Below, one piece after another: positions 12,151 through 27,200 of a stretch of 64,000 nt of DNA. A program made the translations under genes and the position numbers. The notes beneath the pieces were generated by a model. It saw nothing but the letters and a program-made list of their open reading frames with translations. It had not been told where the DNA came from and did not search any database. Each line of letters starts with the position of its first letter. Position 1 is the stretch's first letter. Source of the stretch: Phoronis australis (Eukaryota > Animalia > Phoronida); assembly GCA_002633005.1 (NCBI GenBank), contig NMRA01000180.1, forward strand, positions 371,955 to 435,954. The letters are read 5' to 3'.

Positions 12151-14429
12151 CCTTATTGTTCAAACTCTCTCATGGTGGTGAGCAACTTTCTGTTCTGTTT
12201 ATTCAAAACATCAACAGGCGCCTTTCCTTCTTTGTATCAAGTACATATGGGGCTTTCCATACCAATAGCAGTTTTAACTATTTGCTTATAAGTTTTATCA
12301 ATGACAATTCATTTAGCACGACTTAACTTATCTTTACTAGTTGTATTAATGCGTAACAGATAGGAGTCACAAAATGAGCAGTGTTATGTTTACCTTTTTT
12401 TAATTATCCACGAGATTTCTTGGACTTTTATCTCTTTTTCACTTTCAAGGAGGGAAACTATTTTTTGCTATTTCTCAAGATTTCCTTGAACATGACTTAC
12501 CCTGTCAACAAAAATCGCAGTTCGATGTTTTGATCTATTTTAACAGAAAACCCGAGCACCTTCCATAATACCTATACAAACCTACATGTTTCTTGAACTA
12601 CAATTTTGACAACACAGCATTCTCTTCAATACACACCCATGCAATCATGTCAAACTGTAACAAATAGTATACGCCGTAAGTATTCAGACAAAATGAGCCC
12701 GCATTCGTGTCATGAGGACTGGGCATTCCTTTGTGACCGTGAATGAAGGGAATTGACAGGAAAGTTTATAATGGTGGTTACGCCGTACTGTAATTCGAAT
12801 TTTGCCATCATAATAATTACTACCAGTTAGTTTTTACAGTTGAGAGAATTATTTGACATGACTGGGAAATGTTAAGACTACATTTGACATGGGCTGTATG
12901 TAAATAGCATTCAACGTTTTGCTCTGAGAACAAGCTCATTACAAAAGCTTCAGGATGATAAAGGAGAAGGCTGTATTACCCATCACTAATGTAATTATAG
13001 CTACAGATTATAATACAGATTGTGTTAAGTATATGTTGACATTACTGCAAATTCCCACGCTATTTATGAGTATATTTATGAAAGTATGAAACCTCTCGTT
13101 ATTTAGACACACGGAAACTTCACAAAATTACAAACAAGGAAACGAAAATTCACAAAAAACCCTGTTTCAGAAAATGAAATTATCAGAACAAACATGATAG
13201 TCCCATGATCAGTATTATGATAGTCTCAAAACCAATATTCCTTCAACTCGTGTATACAGGCTGAGTGAGAGAGCACTTTTGATAAAAAATGCATCAGAGC
13301 ATATGGACATTACAATTTAATTACATACAGCCATTCCTCATCATTACCACACAGAAACAATTACAGCTACATTTTCAGAGGGCGTAGCCAATCGAATTAA
13401 CCGCCTGTGCACAACCATAGCAATAGAACCTTTGTAATATATAAAAATAATGTTCTTAACAGTCTCTTCATTAAATATACAGTCAGTGGCAAACACAAGT
13501 GGCATACTATCTTCACCACTGAACTCACGGAAAATTAATTACGCCTGAACTTTGCTAATAATTTACTAATGGATTTAATGGCGAAAGTCATTTCCTATAA
13601 TCAACAGAAACTCCTATGCCTAGGGGGAGATTTGTAGCGTATCTGATTTATGATGCATATAATTATATTTGTCTCATGGGACGTTTTACTTAACAAAGAT
13701 GAAACGGTTTTTGATAGAAAACAGACTTTTGAAGACTCTGTGATGTGAACTAAAACCAGCAACTGCAGAACGATGATAAACTGCCCAAATGCACTCAATC
13801 AACTGACAAAAGAATTTAAAAGACATGTTCCACTACTGTACAACAGCCTAGTGCTATTAACCTATTTGCAAAAATCATTTTTAACACACCGCGTTAGAAT
13901 TCTGCGTTGGATTGGCTAAAACCACTGGCAGGCATCCTTTATTTAAAAAAATTAAATATCAATCAGTCTTTGTTGATTAAGCATAATTTCGATTTTAGCC
14001 TTTTCTAAGCGCTTGCAAATTATTTACAACAGTCAAAAATGTCCTATGTTACATCATGTACACTTCACAGAAGTCGGACCATACAGCTCCTGATAAGGGT
14101 GACGACACTGCTGTCGGCAAGGCTTCATCAGCTGGCGTCCATGGAATCCAACTGTACAGACACACAAAGATGTAAAGTACGAACTCTAAAAATCAAGTCA
14201 TCTTCAAGTGATTTCAAAGCCGACATAAAAACAAAGAGTGCAGTAAAATGAGGTTACGACAGAAAACGTCCTCGATTCCAAGTCCACCAATAGCTTACAC
14301 TATAAAGTTAGCATTCCCACTGAGAATGTTTCTACAGATAATGACATCCACTTTTGTTCGAATCCAAATGAAGCCCTGCACAAGTACGGTTCCGTGAACA
14401 AATAGCACGCCATCGATAACATGATGTCA

Positions 14430-14625
14430 ACAGTTGTCAACTGTTGGACAATCCCTACAGCATCAACAACACCAGAGCATTGAATGCTATTCAACAACAG
14501 CAGCAGCAGCATCAATGATACCATGGAGTTGCCCAGTTGCCAGACAACTGCAACAGCATCAGGGACACCACGGAGTCAAGCTACTGTTGGACATCCGACA
14601 ACAGCATCAGTGATACCACAGCCTT
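14430..14625. repeat. Degenerate tandem repeat (about 48 bp, 4 copies) at the start of the G-alpha 3' UTR
   Basis: CAGCATCA...ACCA recurs near 14458, 14506, 14553 and 14602. Confidence 0.6.
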
Positions 14626-14641
14626 GACTGCCATATGATAA

Positions 14642-15217
14642 TCACTGCAGCATGAGAGAGTTGAGGTTATTCTGCAGTATCGTGTCCTTCACTGCCTGGA
14701 ACACAAACTTGATGTTCTCCGTGTCGATGGCGGTGGTGAAGTGATGGAACAGCGGCCGCAGCCTTACCTGGTCGCGGCGTTTAGAGTCAAACTGGTTCAG
14801 CAGGAACTCCTGAACGTCCTCCAACCGGTGCGAGTCGCCCTTGAACTCCGGGAAGTAGTCGGCTAACTTCACCGTCTTGATCTTCTCCTCCAGCAGATCT
14901 GTTTTGTTGAGGAAGAGGATGATGGAGACGTTACAGAAGCACTTGTTGTTGACGATCGTGTCGAAGATGTTCGTTGACTCGACCAGTCTACTTGTCCGCC
15001 GGTCCTCCATCAACACCTGGTCAAACTCACTGGACGAGGCCAGGAACAGGATGGAAGTCACGTTTTCGAAGCATTGGAACCACTTCTGTCGCTGCGACCG
15101 CTGTCCGCCCACGTCCACAAACTTGAATGGGATGTTCTTGATGTCGATGTCATACTCCACGATCCCCTTGGTGGCCTTGCGTGCGTGCAACACGTCAAGG
15201 CGTGGAGGCAGGTAACC
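14642..15217 (-). CDS. GNA13: G-alpha 12/13 coding exon 3
   Basis: tatag|GGT; [21 protein letters not shown]...DVGGQRS...NKTD...LMLQ then TGA. Confidence 0.96.
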   Translation of the reverse strand, partial: GYLPPRLDVLHARKATKGIVEYDIDIKNIPFKFVDVGGQRSQRQKWFQCFENVTSILFLASSSEFDQVLMEDRRTSRLVESTNIFDTIVNNKCFCNVSIILFLNKTDLLEEKIKTVKLADYFPEFKGDSHRLEDVQEFLLNQFDSKRRDQVRLRPLFHHFTTAIDTENIKFVFQAVKDTILQNNLNSLMLQ

Positions 15218-18200
15218 CTATAATGATAGCAGATGCATACAGTTATCACTAACACAACCTTTGGATAAGGTAACAATGATAACGGTGAGGCACCAACAAA
15301 ACATACTCATCTCCAGCTGTCATGGGGCCGTGCTTAACGTCTAGGTATCTCTCCAGTCTCAAGATATAACTCAAAAGTTGCACAACTGCTCCTAAGATTC
15401 CTACTCCAAATTAGAAATGACACCCACAAGCATGTGAGGAAGAATTATTACACCAATGCTTTATTAATAAGATCTTTGTACCTTGGGGAGTACAATGTGG
15501 TATTGCACAACAGGGCGACAATATTACTGTGTTATGTTCATGTGATTAAAAAATCAATAAAAACACTAAATCTTTCAAATCCAGTACCTAGTTGAATTCA
15601 GAATGAGCAAGAATGACCACATCAAAAAAACATATAGATATACTTACAGGCTTTACTATTCTTTCTAAATTATCTAGGAAATATCCTACCGAGTCTCCCT
15701 GAAAACATAAAAAACAAGTTACTCAAATAATTAAAGTCAAACTCAATAGTTCACAATTTTTTGAAGTTAGCCTTTGTACTTGAAACCAACATCATTTTTC
15801 GTATTTTCCATTCTGTCATGACTTTTTCGAAGGTGTCCATCGTTCTGTGCTCTATTACATTGTTTTTGTATGGACGACTGGTTTGCCCTAGTTTGCACAC
15901 GATGACCCCAGCGCTACAATTACAAGTTTGAGTATGAACTCGAAATCTCAAGTTTGTACTTGAGTTTGTAGCTGGGGTCATCAAGTGCGAACTTGGAACA
16001 GACACTCACCTGTGTGAACCATACTATATTCCATAACGGAATAATTAATCCCTACATTGAGTTCAAAATAAAATAAAATGGAAAATGTCTGACACAATCA
16101 GGAGTTTGATTTAGAGTACAAAGATTGAGCCCTAGACCCAGGTTCTGACTCGATACTAAGCAGACTCAACCATGTGAAATGAGACAGTCCTACAATGCCT
16201 GTTCCTTTTCGATTGCAATAAATTTTGATATGGTACCACAAACAGGAAGAAAACCCAAGGCTAATTTTACAAGTTCATGTCCGCATCCCATCTGTATAGA
16301 TGTAAAAACCATCTACCAGGAAGTACATAATAAAAAGTGGTACAGACTGTTTATTATTGAACATGACATTTACAGCAAAACATTGCCTGATACACCACTC
16401 GAACTGGCACAAGGCCTAGCGTGCATCCAAACAGACAACCTGACTCAAATTGGGACAACCTATAGTGCTCGATTTGGCCAACTGCAGGTCAACCTCAGAT
16501 TCTGTTTGGCGACCTGGGAAAAATCCTAAGTCACCACGAAGTCGCAACAGCGAGAATCAAAGTCAGAAAAAATTCCCACGAAATTTGTTACAAATTTTGT
16601 TGTGACTTCCAAATTATGAATTACTAACAGGTTTCCTAGACTTAATGCCTTTTGTTCACAACTGGTCCATGTCCATTTACTTTGTGAAATCAGTACATTT
16701 GCAGGCATCACGGCACAACCTTATTTTTTTTTTTAGTTACCACAATTTCGACTTCAGTTTTGTTGATATCAGATTTTGTTTGGCAACCTGGGATTTTCAA
16801 ATGCAACTTGGCGTCAAGCTAGGCGTCCAGCACTGACCAAGCTAGGATGCCCTGTACAGAATTTGCCAACAGCAACTCTGGTAACTAATTGTCCTGTTCA
16901 GAAAAAGTAAGTTAAGATGTGAAGCAAGATTAGTGTTTTGACAATATGACAACTTGTCCTTGACATCATCACCGACATTGTCGCTCAATAAACAGAATTG
17001 AAATTAATTCCATGACAGTAAAAATCGAATCTGTGACTAATTTAAATTTTTTGAAAATTCATGTAAATGAGGAGCAAATCTTTGTAAAGAATTCCTGTCA
17101 TATAAACAGGGGAAATGTCACCATCGGCACAGTGTCATCTGATGTTTGCTAGACAAACAAAACTTCTGTTTTGGTCGGACTTCATTGCCGTTTACAATGA
17201 ACATCCTTGCTAATACTCCGTCGCAATGGCAACACTTGACCGACTTGGTTGGTACCATCCAGCCAACTGGCTAAAATATCTGATTGGTACTCAATGATGA
17301 CTTCTGGCCCATAGACCAATCAGATTTCTTAGTCCGTTGACTTGAGCAGGACCAGACAAGTCAATGAAGTGCAGCCAATGTGACCCAAAACCCATCCAGA
17401 ATCGAGCCTCGAATACAAAACAGTTTCCAATTACATCATCGATTCTGGAAATACTTCCGATTTCCACCAGTAATGTAAACCCAGTTGTCCAAAGTAACAT
17501 AACACACTATAACAACGAATTGACTTCTGATCATAAAAACGCAGTCCAATTGGTCATGGACACCCTGAGATATTAGGATTTTCGGTTCCCATTTTGGATG
17601 CCCTAGTTTTGAAATCCTGGTTTAACCCCTAACTGGCACATTACTCAATAAAACATAAATAGTTTGTTAAACTTTAAGTACAATTCAAGACGTTTTATTT
17701 GTGAACTTACAAAAGAACTAAGTTCCTTGTAAAGAAAAAATGTGCAACAAAACTGAGTACACTTGAACACTGAAAAATGGAAAATAATATATTTTAACTA
17801 TCGACAACAACCCATCTTAGAAGAATAAGGGTCACAGCGAGGGGAAACAAAAATGTTGTGTGCGTATTTAGATGCTTGGCTTTGTCTCTATTTCAAAGTT
17901 CACTGAACAAAACCTCAGTGTCAGACAAAAACTGATAACTTCCACTTACTAAACTTTAACACTCGGTGAGAACTGTCATAACAAGACTCCCATATTGTTA
18001 TTACCGAACCAAAACTTCATTTGCACTACAGAACGGACACCTGACATATAGTACATGCCAAAAGCAATCACACAAAATGGCTCAGAATTCCCCTCGTCAC
18101 AACGGTGGGGCGTGACCTGAACTCATCGTCAGAGCAGTCTTTCCTGATGACTAAGAATAAAGGGGAATTCACGGGAACAATACAAAGGTGGCTACGCCAT

Positions 18201-21200
18201 TCTATAATTAGGAATTTCCCTCCCTAATTGTTATTCAAATAATTTTTGCTGAAGACAGAATTAGTCACCAGGACGGGAAAAATGATATTTTGTTGGATTA
18301 CTTTTGTCTTGTACAATAGATGTCGACGGTACATTATAACGTTGAAAATGCAGAGGAAACTGAGAAAAAGAATTTAAGGTTATTTACGACGCGAGAAGAA
18401 TGTTCAAATTTGGCTAACCTTGGGATTCATATGAAACTTTCAGATACTATGCATTGTGCGTACACTGCTAGGAATTGTTTTTAAAAAGTTCAACTTTGCA
18501 GGAGAGGCTATTAAAAGGAGGACTTTTGATTTTCGTGAAAATATCATGAGGGGCTATCCAAAAATACGACTTGTGACTATCAAGAAAACTAATGGAAACA
18601 GCAATTTAGGAAATGCCAATGGCATTTTTGAGATTTAATCTTGAACATTTATACCAACTGTAATTTGGTCACGTTATTGATCACGTTATTCATCACGTTA
18701 TTGATAACGTTATTCATCACGTTATTGATAACGTTGTTTTGCTTTCAAAGTACTTTTCTGTCAGGCTAAATTTTACCAAAGTCATGATCCCATGACCCAA
18801 TTAATGAAAGAAATGCACATCTCTTATTAAAACCAATGAATACGAATCAGACAATTGTTGTCCCTATAAGGTTCCTAAATGTGCCCTAAGGTCTCAAATA
18901 TACATTCAGATCATATCAAATCTCTAATTGAAAGATTATGGTGATATTACAATTATAAGTACAGTGTGTAACTTCCTCGACTATACAACTGCAGATAAAC
19001 GGCATTTAAAAAACAAATTGCACGTTTTACCAGTTTGTTACAAAAGGTGATTGAAGTTGCAAACACGTGGAACAAAAATTCGCATGCACATCCCAACATA
19101 GTTGTTCCTTTATGTTGGGACACGCATGTATTTCAATGGAAAGTCTAGCTCCAAGTGCTAAAAGGGGATGAGTAAATGCTAGTTGTTTTGAAGCGTGTAC
19201 TAGGAACAAAGATGAGCAAACGCTAGATTGTCATATCCGAGTTTTAAGTAGCAATTTTTGACGTTTTTGAATAGAACGCGTAGTCTTGCTTCAGGTAAAA
19301 TTAAAGCTGCATTGACATTTAAAGGGTAAATCAACTGTTTTAGAAGTTACCATTACTACAAATGCAGATCCTGAGTTATCTGAGTTGTTGACATTTTTGT
19401 GTGTTAATTACCGTGCGTGGTTATGCAGTATCCACGAAAACACAGGAAGTGATGTAAACGGTCCGACAATGGGCCCGCGTCCTGGTTCTGTAGTCATTTT
19501 CTTTGATCAAACATGAATAACCTGCACAGAATGTGTTCAGCTGGGGTACCACGTTATGTTTCCTCAATGAAAACGAATACATAACCAAGATGCGGGCCTC
19601 TTCATTGGTCCGTCTATGTCTTAGTACATGCAATGAGACCAGATAACCAGACGTCTAGATTAATTATTTTTACTAAATGCAACATCAAAGATGCTTACTT
19701 TCCACATTTAAACTTTGTGCTGGGAAATGAGTCAACACTTTGTTGATTTAGGCTCAGAGTACACAGCGCTTCCAGGTTAAAGTATGATGTGACACCATGG
19801 TATCAATGACTCGGATTTATAAGCAAATAATGCAATACTGTTTGAAGCAATTACGGGTTATGTCCTGGATGCCTAGAACATTAAATTAAGGGGATCAACC
19901 ACTTAGTTCAACATAACACCCTCCACAGGGGTTTAATTAAGTAAGAGTCTTGTAAAATAATTGACAAAATCAAAAAGTTTAAATTTCAAGGACTTTACCA
20001 TTGCTGTTAACCAAACAACTTTCCAAATTGCAAGCAGGGTTATAGAAATAACACCTTGAACACAATAATCCATTAATTTGACAGTATGTTATCTAATCAG
20101 AAAACGAATTTCATTGTAAATTTCCATGCTGTGTCCTAAGATGACAAGACTACTGTATGTGTTGTAACAGTATACTTGTGTACAATTGGAGGAATTTGTT
20201 GCACTGACTTACAAAAAGGGTTTTCATACCAACATCCATGTGTCATTGTAGAGTTGGTCAGGATGAACATCCGTCTTGGACCAAAAGGGCACGCTAACTT
20301 TGTAGAACTTTAATAGGTGGACTTAACAATGGAACATTGACAGCTCTATCAGTACTAAAAGGTGTCGCTGTTGTGCTATTATTTTTACAAAAATTCCTTT
20401 TTCACATATTAATCACACCTCAACTTTAAGCACTTCATTTCCAACTATATTATACGATACTTCAACTTACAAAAAGTGCCTACTTACGATAACTTGGATG
20501 ACAGACTCATCAAACCGATATAACTTCAGTTACATAATACCAAAGCCGATCTGAAAAGTTCAACTAACTTGGCACTTTATGTGGACATTTCTCTAGTTCC
20601 AGGGCTAAGTTGGCATGAAAGAGGCTTTAAGTATTGATTTCACCAACAGCCAAACTAACACATTCATCTGTACACTAAAATATTCATTTATGTTATGCAC
20701 AACTAAACGTAACGGTTATGTTCAGTTTAAGATTACTCAACAAGCAACTATGGCAGTTCACTTCAATCATGTTTGAAGTTTCAGCCAGTATGTGTTGAGT
20801 GCAAAGATAAAATGTACTAGAGTATTTAATTCATTACACAGGCAATACTTTCAAAATTCTTCGGGTGTTTGTTGGGTCACATTTAACGCCCATCTTCAAA
20901 GTGGTTGACAAGTTTTCAAAAACATCAAAATGCCCGATTTTCCCATCATACTTAATTCAAACTTGCAATTGTAATTACAAATTTCCATTACGAACTGATC
21001 AGACAAACAATGCATCATTAGCTTTTAATCGCTCATTAAACGCTTGGATTTTTCCTGCTTAGTTAAAAATTAGTAGCGCTTAATAACATCAGCATTGTCG
21101 GCGGCAAACGAATCGAATTGTTTTTCACAGTGAGTGGCTTTTTGCCGATTAAGGCCAGACTAGTGTAGCATTGAACATCCAGTCGAGAACGTGAGATAGG

Positions 21201-24200
21201 GAACTTGGACAATGACAAAGTCAATAGAAACTTGGCCTGTTTCACTGCACCTTGGTCGAACTTCATCAACAGATTAAAACATTTGCCGCTGTTAGCTGTC
21301 AAGAAGCCTGTTAAGGTACCAACCAGGGAGTCTGACCTGTCTTTTGTGGGAAGTAGAGCAATTACATGTGGCTTCCAGGCAATAAAACAATGGCTGAAAT
21401 AGAATTTACACATGGACTAAAATGGGTGATCATTAGAACTATTTGACTTCTGAAATTGAATTCCTCGCAAAAAGTTAACATAAAAAATTTTTACCCAAAA
21501 ATATGATAAAATTAGCCACAATAGATGTGTTTCGCTTCTGTGGTACCTATGGACATAGGGTTTTAGTAACTCATTGAACCATGGTAGATAATCGGCCTGA
21601 GCACTGAAACCAAAACAGGTTTTCATTAACGTTACGTGGTTTCTTAAAAAACCCGGAACTTAATGACACACACCTTTCAAAAGTGAACCATCAAATAGCT
21701 TGTCCACCTTCCCCCATGTCACAAGCTATGCATAACCTGATTTCAAGACCCATTTCCACTACAAAAGCCGCATTTACACGAGAGACAGGTGACCCCGTGC
21801 AGCTAACACGAAACAGCTACGCACTGACACCGAGTAAGTGCTACTGCGGCGGCCGGTTTTGACAAGGGTTTGACAGGTAGAGCAAGTTACACTCGATGAG
21901 TTGCTCCAGTGTCAACTACATGTCTAAACACAAATGGGACAGGGCGGAAATAGCCTATATTCGGGTGATCAGCTGGCATTCCACATGGTTTGAACGCTCG
22001 CTATTGTTTATGCCAGCATGCGGAGACACTCTCCGTGTAAGTGACTCAAGGCTGATCCTGTTTGCGATCTAATGTCATGTAAATGTGACTAAAGTAGAGC
22101 AAGTCGCGCCGTGACAACTGGCATAGTGACAACTGTCTCTCATGTAAAAGCGGCAATAGATTAGACCTCGTGCCCATCAGTCTGATAAGCTTTTATGTAC
22201 ATTTCAGTGTAAAGGGTTGAGGTGACGTGCTCAAGTGGTAAACCTGTCATCAATACAAACAGGAAGCTAAATCAATTTCGAGTCAGAGTGTAGTTCAGAA
22301 GTCCCACATGCCCGGAAGCGCATTAAAAACTGTCTATGTCGTTGAGATTGACACTTACCATAGTCAGTCTTAGACTCTCATTCTGTATTACAACAAATTT
22401 ATTTTTCAAAAGCTTTTTGCAAAAATATCCCTTTAGTAGAGAAACGCCATCAAAATTACCCATTCCGAAAGCACAGATACTTCTCCCCAACTGACATTAT
22501 AGTCCCTCCCCCATTCTAGACTCAAAAATGCACAAACAGGCCTTCATCTAGAGTGTCAAGGGTGTCCAAACGGACATCCTAACTCAAATTCAGACACCCC
22601 CGCTAGGACAACCTGGTCAGCAATTGACCTATCACAAGCTCCGCCCCCTTGCGTAATGTCAACTAACAAACAATAAGTTTTACCCCGCAACATGTTGTTT
22701 GTCGGGTAAAATAGCGACTTGGAAACAAAGGTGTGTCAAGAATGATGAGTTCTAAATGGTTAGTTAAGCTGTCACTCAAAATTTAGTCGAAAGGTCAATT
22801 GGACGCCCAAATAAAGACAGTAAATGACCATGGGTACCTTTTTTGTTAGTTAGCTGCAGCTCTGGGTGACCATTGGCCTGTCCAGAATAAACAATACCTT
22901 AGACATGATGTAACTTTATAGTAGGACCATGCCCTCACAGTGGCACACTGTGTAACAGCAATTAAAGGCCCTTTCATATTGACTTAACTCCGGTCTGAGC
23001 GGAGCGTCGACGTAAACAGCGCAGTTAACTGGACCGTTCATACTGGCTTCGGTAGTTAATGACCATCGAAGAAAAGGGTTGGTGACGCTGACATCATCGA
23101 AGTTATCGCAAGGTAGCGCTGCACGCTAAGATTTTTTTCAATGTGACAATTTGGAACATTTAAATGTGCTAAATGACAGTAAACTCATTTTTAAATCGAT
23201 TGGTTATCATTAAAGCAAACAATAAGTAGTTATTAGTGACGGCACTACTCTGTAACTGTTGACGATAACAGTGGCACCTGGCGATAACTTCGATTGGACC
23301 GGAGTTAAGCGTTCATACTGCACCGCAGCGTCGACGCTGCGGTCTTAAATCCACCTATTAACTGCGATGTTAACTGGAGCTCTTAACTGCNCGAGCAAGT
23401 GCTACTGCGGCGGCCGGTGTTTGACAAGGGTTTGACAGGTAGAGCTAGTTACATTCAATGAGTTGCTCCAGTGTCAACTACATATCTAAACACAACTGGG
23501 ACAGGGCGGAAATAGCGCATATTCCGGTGATCAGCAAGCATTCCACATGGTTTGAACGCTCGCTATTGTTTATGCCAACATGAAGAGACACTCTCCGTGT
23601 AAGTAACTCAATGCTGATCCTGTTTGCGATCTAATGTCATGTAAATGTGACTAAAGTGGAGCAAGTCGCGCCGTGACAACTGGCATGGTGACAACTGTCT
23701 CTCGTGTAAAAGCGGCAATAGATTAGACCCCATGCCCATCAGTATGATAAGCTTTTATGGACATTTCAGTGTAAAGGGTTGAGGTGACATGCTCAAGTGG
23801 TAAACCTGTCATCAATACAAACAGGAAGCTAAATCAATTTCGAGTCAGAGTGTAGTTCAGAAGTCCCACATGCCGGGAACAAGCGCATTAAAAATGTCTA
23901 TGTCGTTGAGATTGACACTTACCATAGTCAGTCTTAGACTCTCATTCTGTATTACAACAAATTTATTTTTCAAAAGCTTTAGCAGAGAAATGCCATCAAA
24001 ATTACCCATTCCGAAAGCACAGACACTTCCCCCCATCTGACATAATAGTCCCTCCCCCATTCTAGGCTCAAAAATGCACAAACAGGCCTTCATCTAAAAT
24101 GTCAAGGGTGTCCAAACGGACATCCTAACTCAAATTTAGACACCCCCGCTAGGACGACCTGGTCAGCAATTGACCTATCGCAAGCTCCGCCCTCTTGCGT

Positions 24201-27200
24201 AATCTCAACTAACAAACAATAAGTTTTACCCGGCAACGTGTTGTTTGTCGGGTAAAATGGCGACTTGGAAACAAAGGTGTGTGAAGAATGATGAGTTCTA
24301 AATGGTCAGTTAAGCTGTCACTCAAAATCCTGGCGATAGGTCAATTGGACGCCCAAATAAAGACAGTAAATGACCATGGGTACCTTTTTCATTTGTTAGC
24401 TGCAGCTCTGGGTGACCATTGGCCTGTCCAGAATAAACAATACCTTAGACATGATGCCTTCACAGTGGCACACTGTGTAACAGCAATTGGACTGGTACAC
24501 AATTGGTCATAGACACCCTGACACAGGTTTTGAAATCCTGGATAAACAGCAATATACAAACCCAGACAAAACACACTTGACACCAAAATACCAAAGCCTC
24601 CCAAGTTGGTCAACACAAACCTCTGTAGCACAAACAAAAAGATCATTAAAACTGTCAGGGAACTCTCACAACCCTTGCCCTGTCAAAGGCTTCTGTAACC
24701 ACAAGGTTATCCATCAGGTCAACATCAGGTCAGATGGGAGATAAATCAGGTTGAATGGGTCACTGAGTCTCCATGGAGACCATGACCAGGGACATTTTGG
24801 AAAGAACAGCTGAAGGAAACTCATTTTACTGTTGCATGGACCAACACTGGAATAACGCATTAAAGACCTTATTAAGGTCTTCCAAACAACCAGTTAACCA
24901 ACAACAACTTGCCCTATACCATCTGGATGAAATGAAAGTCAAGCTGAAAACGCAAAATTAGCACACACAGAGCCATTCGGAGTGGACAAAGTTCCTCATG
25001 TTGAAAGCGTAGACCAATGTTCATGAACCTAACACAACATTTAATAGCTAACTTTCAAAATAGGCGATCCATATTGAAATTCACAAACCCGCCAGATGGA
25101 GATTACGTCTTTGGTAGACAGGCATTCAGGGCCACCTACAGATCTTAAGTAATGCGTACCAAAGACGTTAACGAGACTAATCTCAATGAACAGCAGAAAG
25201 AAATAAAGACAGTAGTTAGAAGCATCAATGCGCATAGAATAAACGAATCGGTAGTTCCCAAAATCATGCAAACCATTTACAACATTTTTCTATATAAGCG
25301 ATTGAATGCAGGGAACAGCAAAAACATCATAGCCCATTCACATGTACATGGTTACCGCGTTAACACCACGTTAATACTATGAAACTTGCTATTCTCTATT
25401 AGCAGTATTCTCACTTGCACGCCAATCCTCGGAACAGCGCTTTTCTCCTGAGCAGCAAATTTACCAGGTATATTACCGCAAACGACTGCACTGTGGCAAA
25501 CATCAAACGAAGCAATAATCCTAAGGGAAATTCTCACTTCGCTCAAGCGCACTGCAAGCCCACTGAAATGTCTACGCGCTTGATCTTTTTGTGGAGAGAG
25601 TCCCAAGTCTCAGCAGGGTTGTCCGGGACCAGGAGGGACAAGACTACAGGTAATTTACTGTAGGTTTTAATCCGTTGTCCGTGAATTGTCACATTTGTCT
25701 CTAGGAGTGAATCCACAATGGTTTTACTGGTGGCATTTCCTTAAAAATTCTTTACCAATTTAACTTGGTTGGTATTAGATTTGATGCCAGAAGAGCAGTA
25801 GTTACCAAAGTCCACGATAGGACTGACCTAGTTCTAACTGGACCTGAACACAAGACAATGTTTGCATTAACGGAATTAAAAGCTGGATTAAGGTAAATAA
25901 TGGGGGGGGTTCTCAGTGAAGGATGTGTATGGGGTTATTAAGAGTTCAAACTACCCTGCCCACATCACTGGTTGACTGGCAAAAACCACCTCAATCATGT
26001 ACATCATCAGTGGGGAAGCAAAAAAGCATGTCACGAATTTTCGATTCGACTGCTGCTGCAGCCGGAAGCAGAGCAAAAGTACCGTTGCTTTTTACCGACT
26101 AGAGCCTTGTCTTGTAAATTCAACGTAGTGGGTAAAAGCCTACATGAAGTACATGATCAAACCTACAGAAATACAAAATCTACAGTAATATCAAAGGGTC
26201 CAATCAAAAATTATCACAGATGTGAACTGGTCACAAGGCATGAAACACAACGTGGCAACGTATTCACTCCACAGTACTACGGGTCGGTCAAAAACTACAA
26301 TATCCGGGGCACCAAGATGTTAAGTCCAAGGGCACAATAAACATTATCACAACACAGAAAGCATAGATGACAGATTATTCACTCATTGCCCTTGGTGTTC
26401 GGGTTAGTCTTAGAGATACCGTCATTTTTTCATCTGTTCATTTGCACTGTCAATTGACCCAGGACAGTACACACAGCACTACGCACGACATCGTCCAGCA
26501 TATGTTAACAAACCAGAACAGTGCCATGATAACCAGAAAATTATGGAGTTAAAAAAACGCAAAGGAAAATAATAGAATGTCTCGTCTCAGCCATCAGTGA
26601 GAAAAGAAAAAGTCGTACGGTTGTAACGTACCCCATTCTCGGTATCTTACGCATACCTCCCTCTAAATGTACATTCACTCACTCACTCAATTCCTCCCGC
26701 CAACGAACTAACATGGAACGTAGACCATCATATACACTGGTGGTGCATACCTCATCGATCTTGCCCCATTTCTGCCAAACAATTCCGACTTCCGTCTGTT
26801 TACGTCCTGTTGTAATTTAAGTGCGTTTTATATGTGCTGACTGCTATGATGGCAAATGCGCTGATTTCATGATATAAACGGAACAATTGTGAATCAAAGG
26901 TAAGGAATCTAGGAAAACTTAGTAATTACTTTAGATGTCAAACAATTTTCGGGAGAATTATGGTCCGATTTTGATTCTCGAACTGGCGACTTTGTGGCAA
27001 CTTCTGATTTTCCCAGGTCGCCAAACACAATCTGAGGTTGTGTTGGGAACCTACAGGGTGCTGAACCGAGAACTGAAATTTATGAACCACTATATAAAGT
27101 CATGAATTTCTGTCCACCAAATCTGAGTCAAGCAGAAGTCATTTTCTAGTTCTCATTACCCTAGACAGCGCCAATAAGAAAAGTCTGCAACTGTCACTGT

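Noticed and set aside
14576-14644. Stop-codon readthrough of G-alpha
   Set aside because: The context is TGA-TTA rather than the leaky TGA-CTAG, and an extension would mask the receptor-binding C-terminus LMLQ.
14877-15215. Antisense ORFs over G-alpha exons (also 39930-40217)
   Set aside because: Shadow frames of the real coding exons with no independent support.
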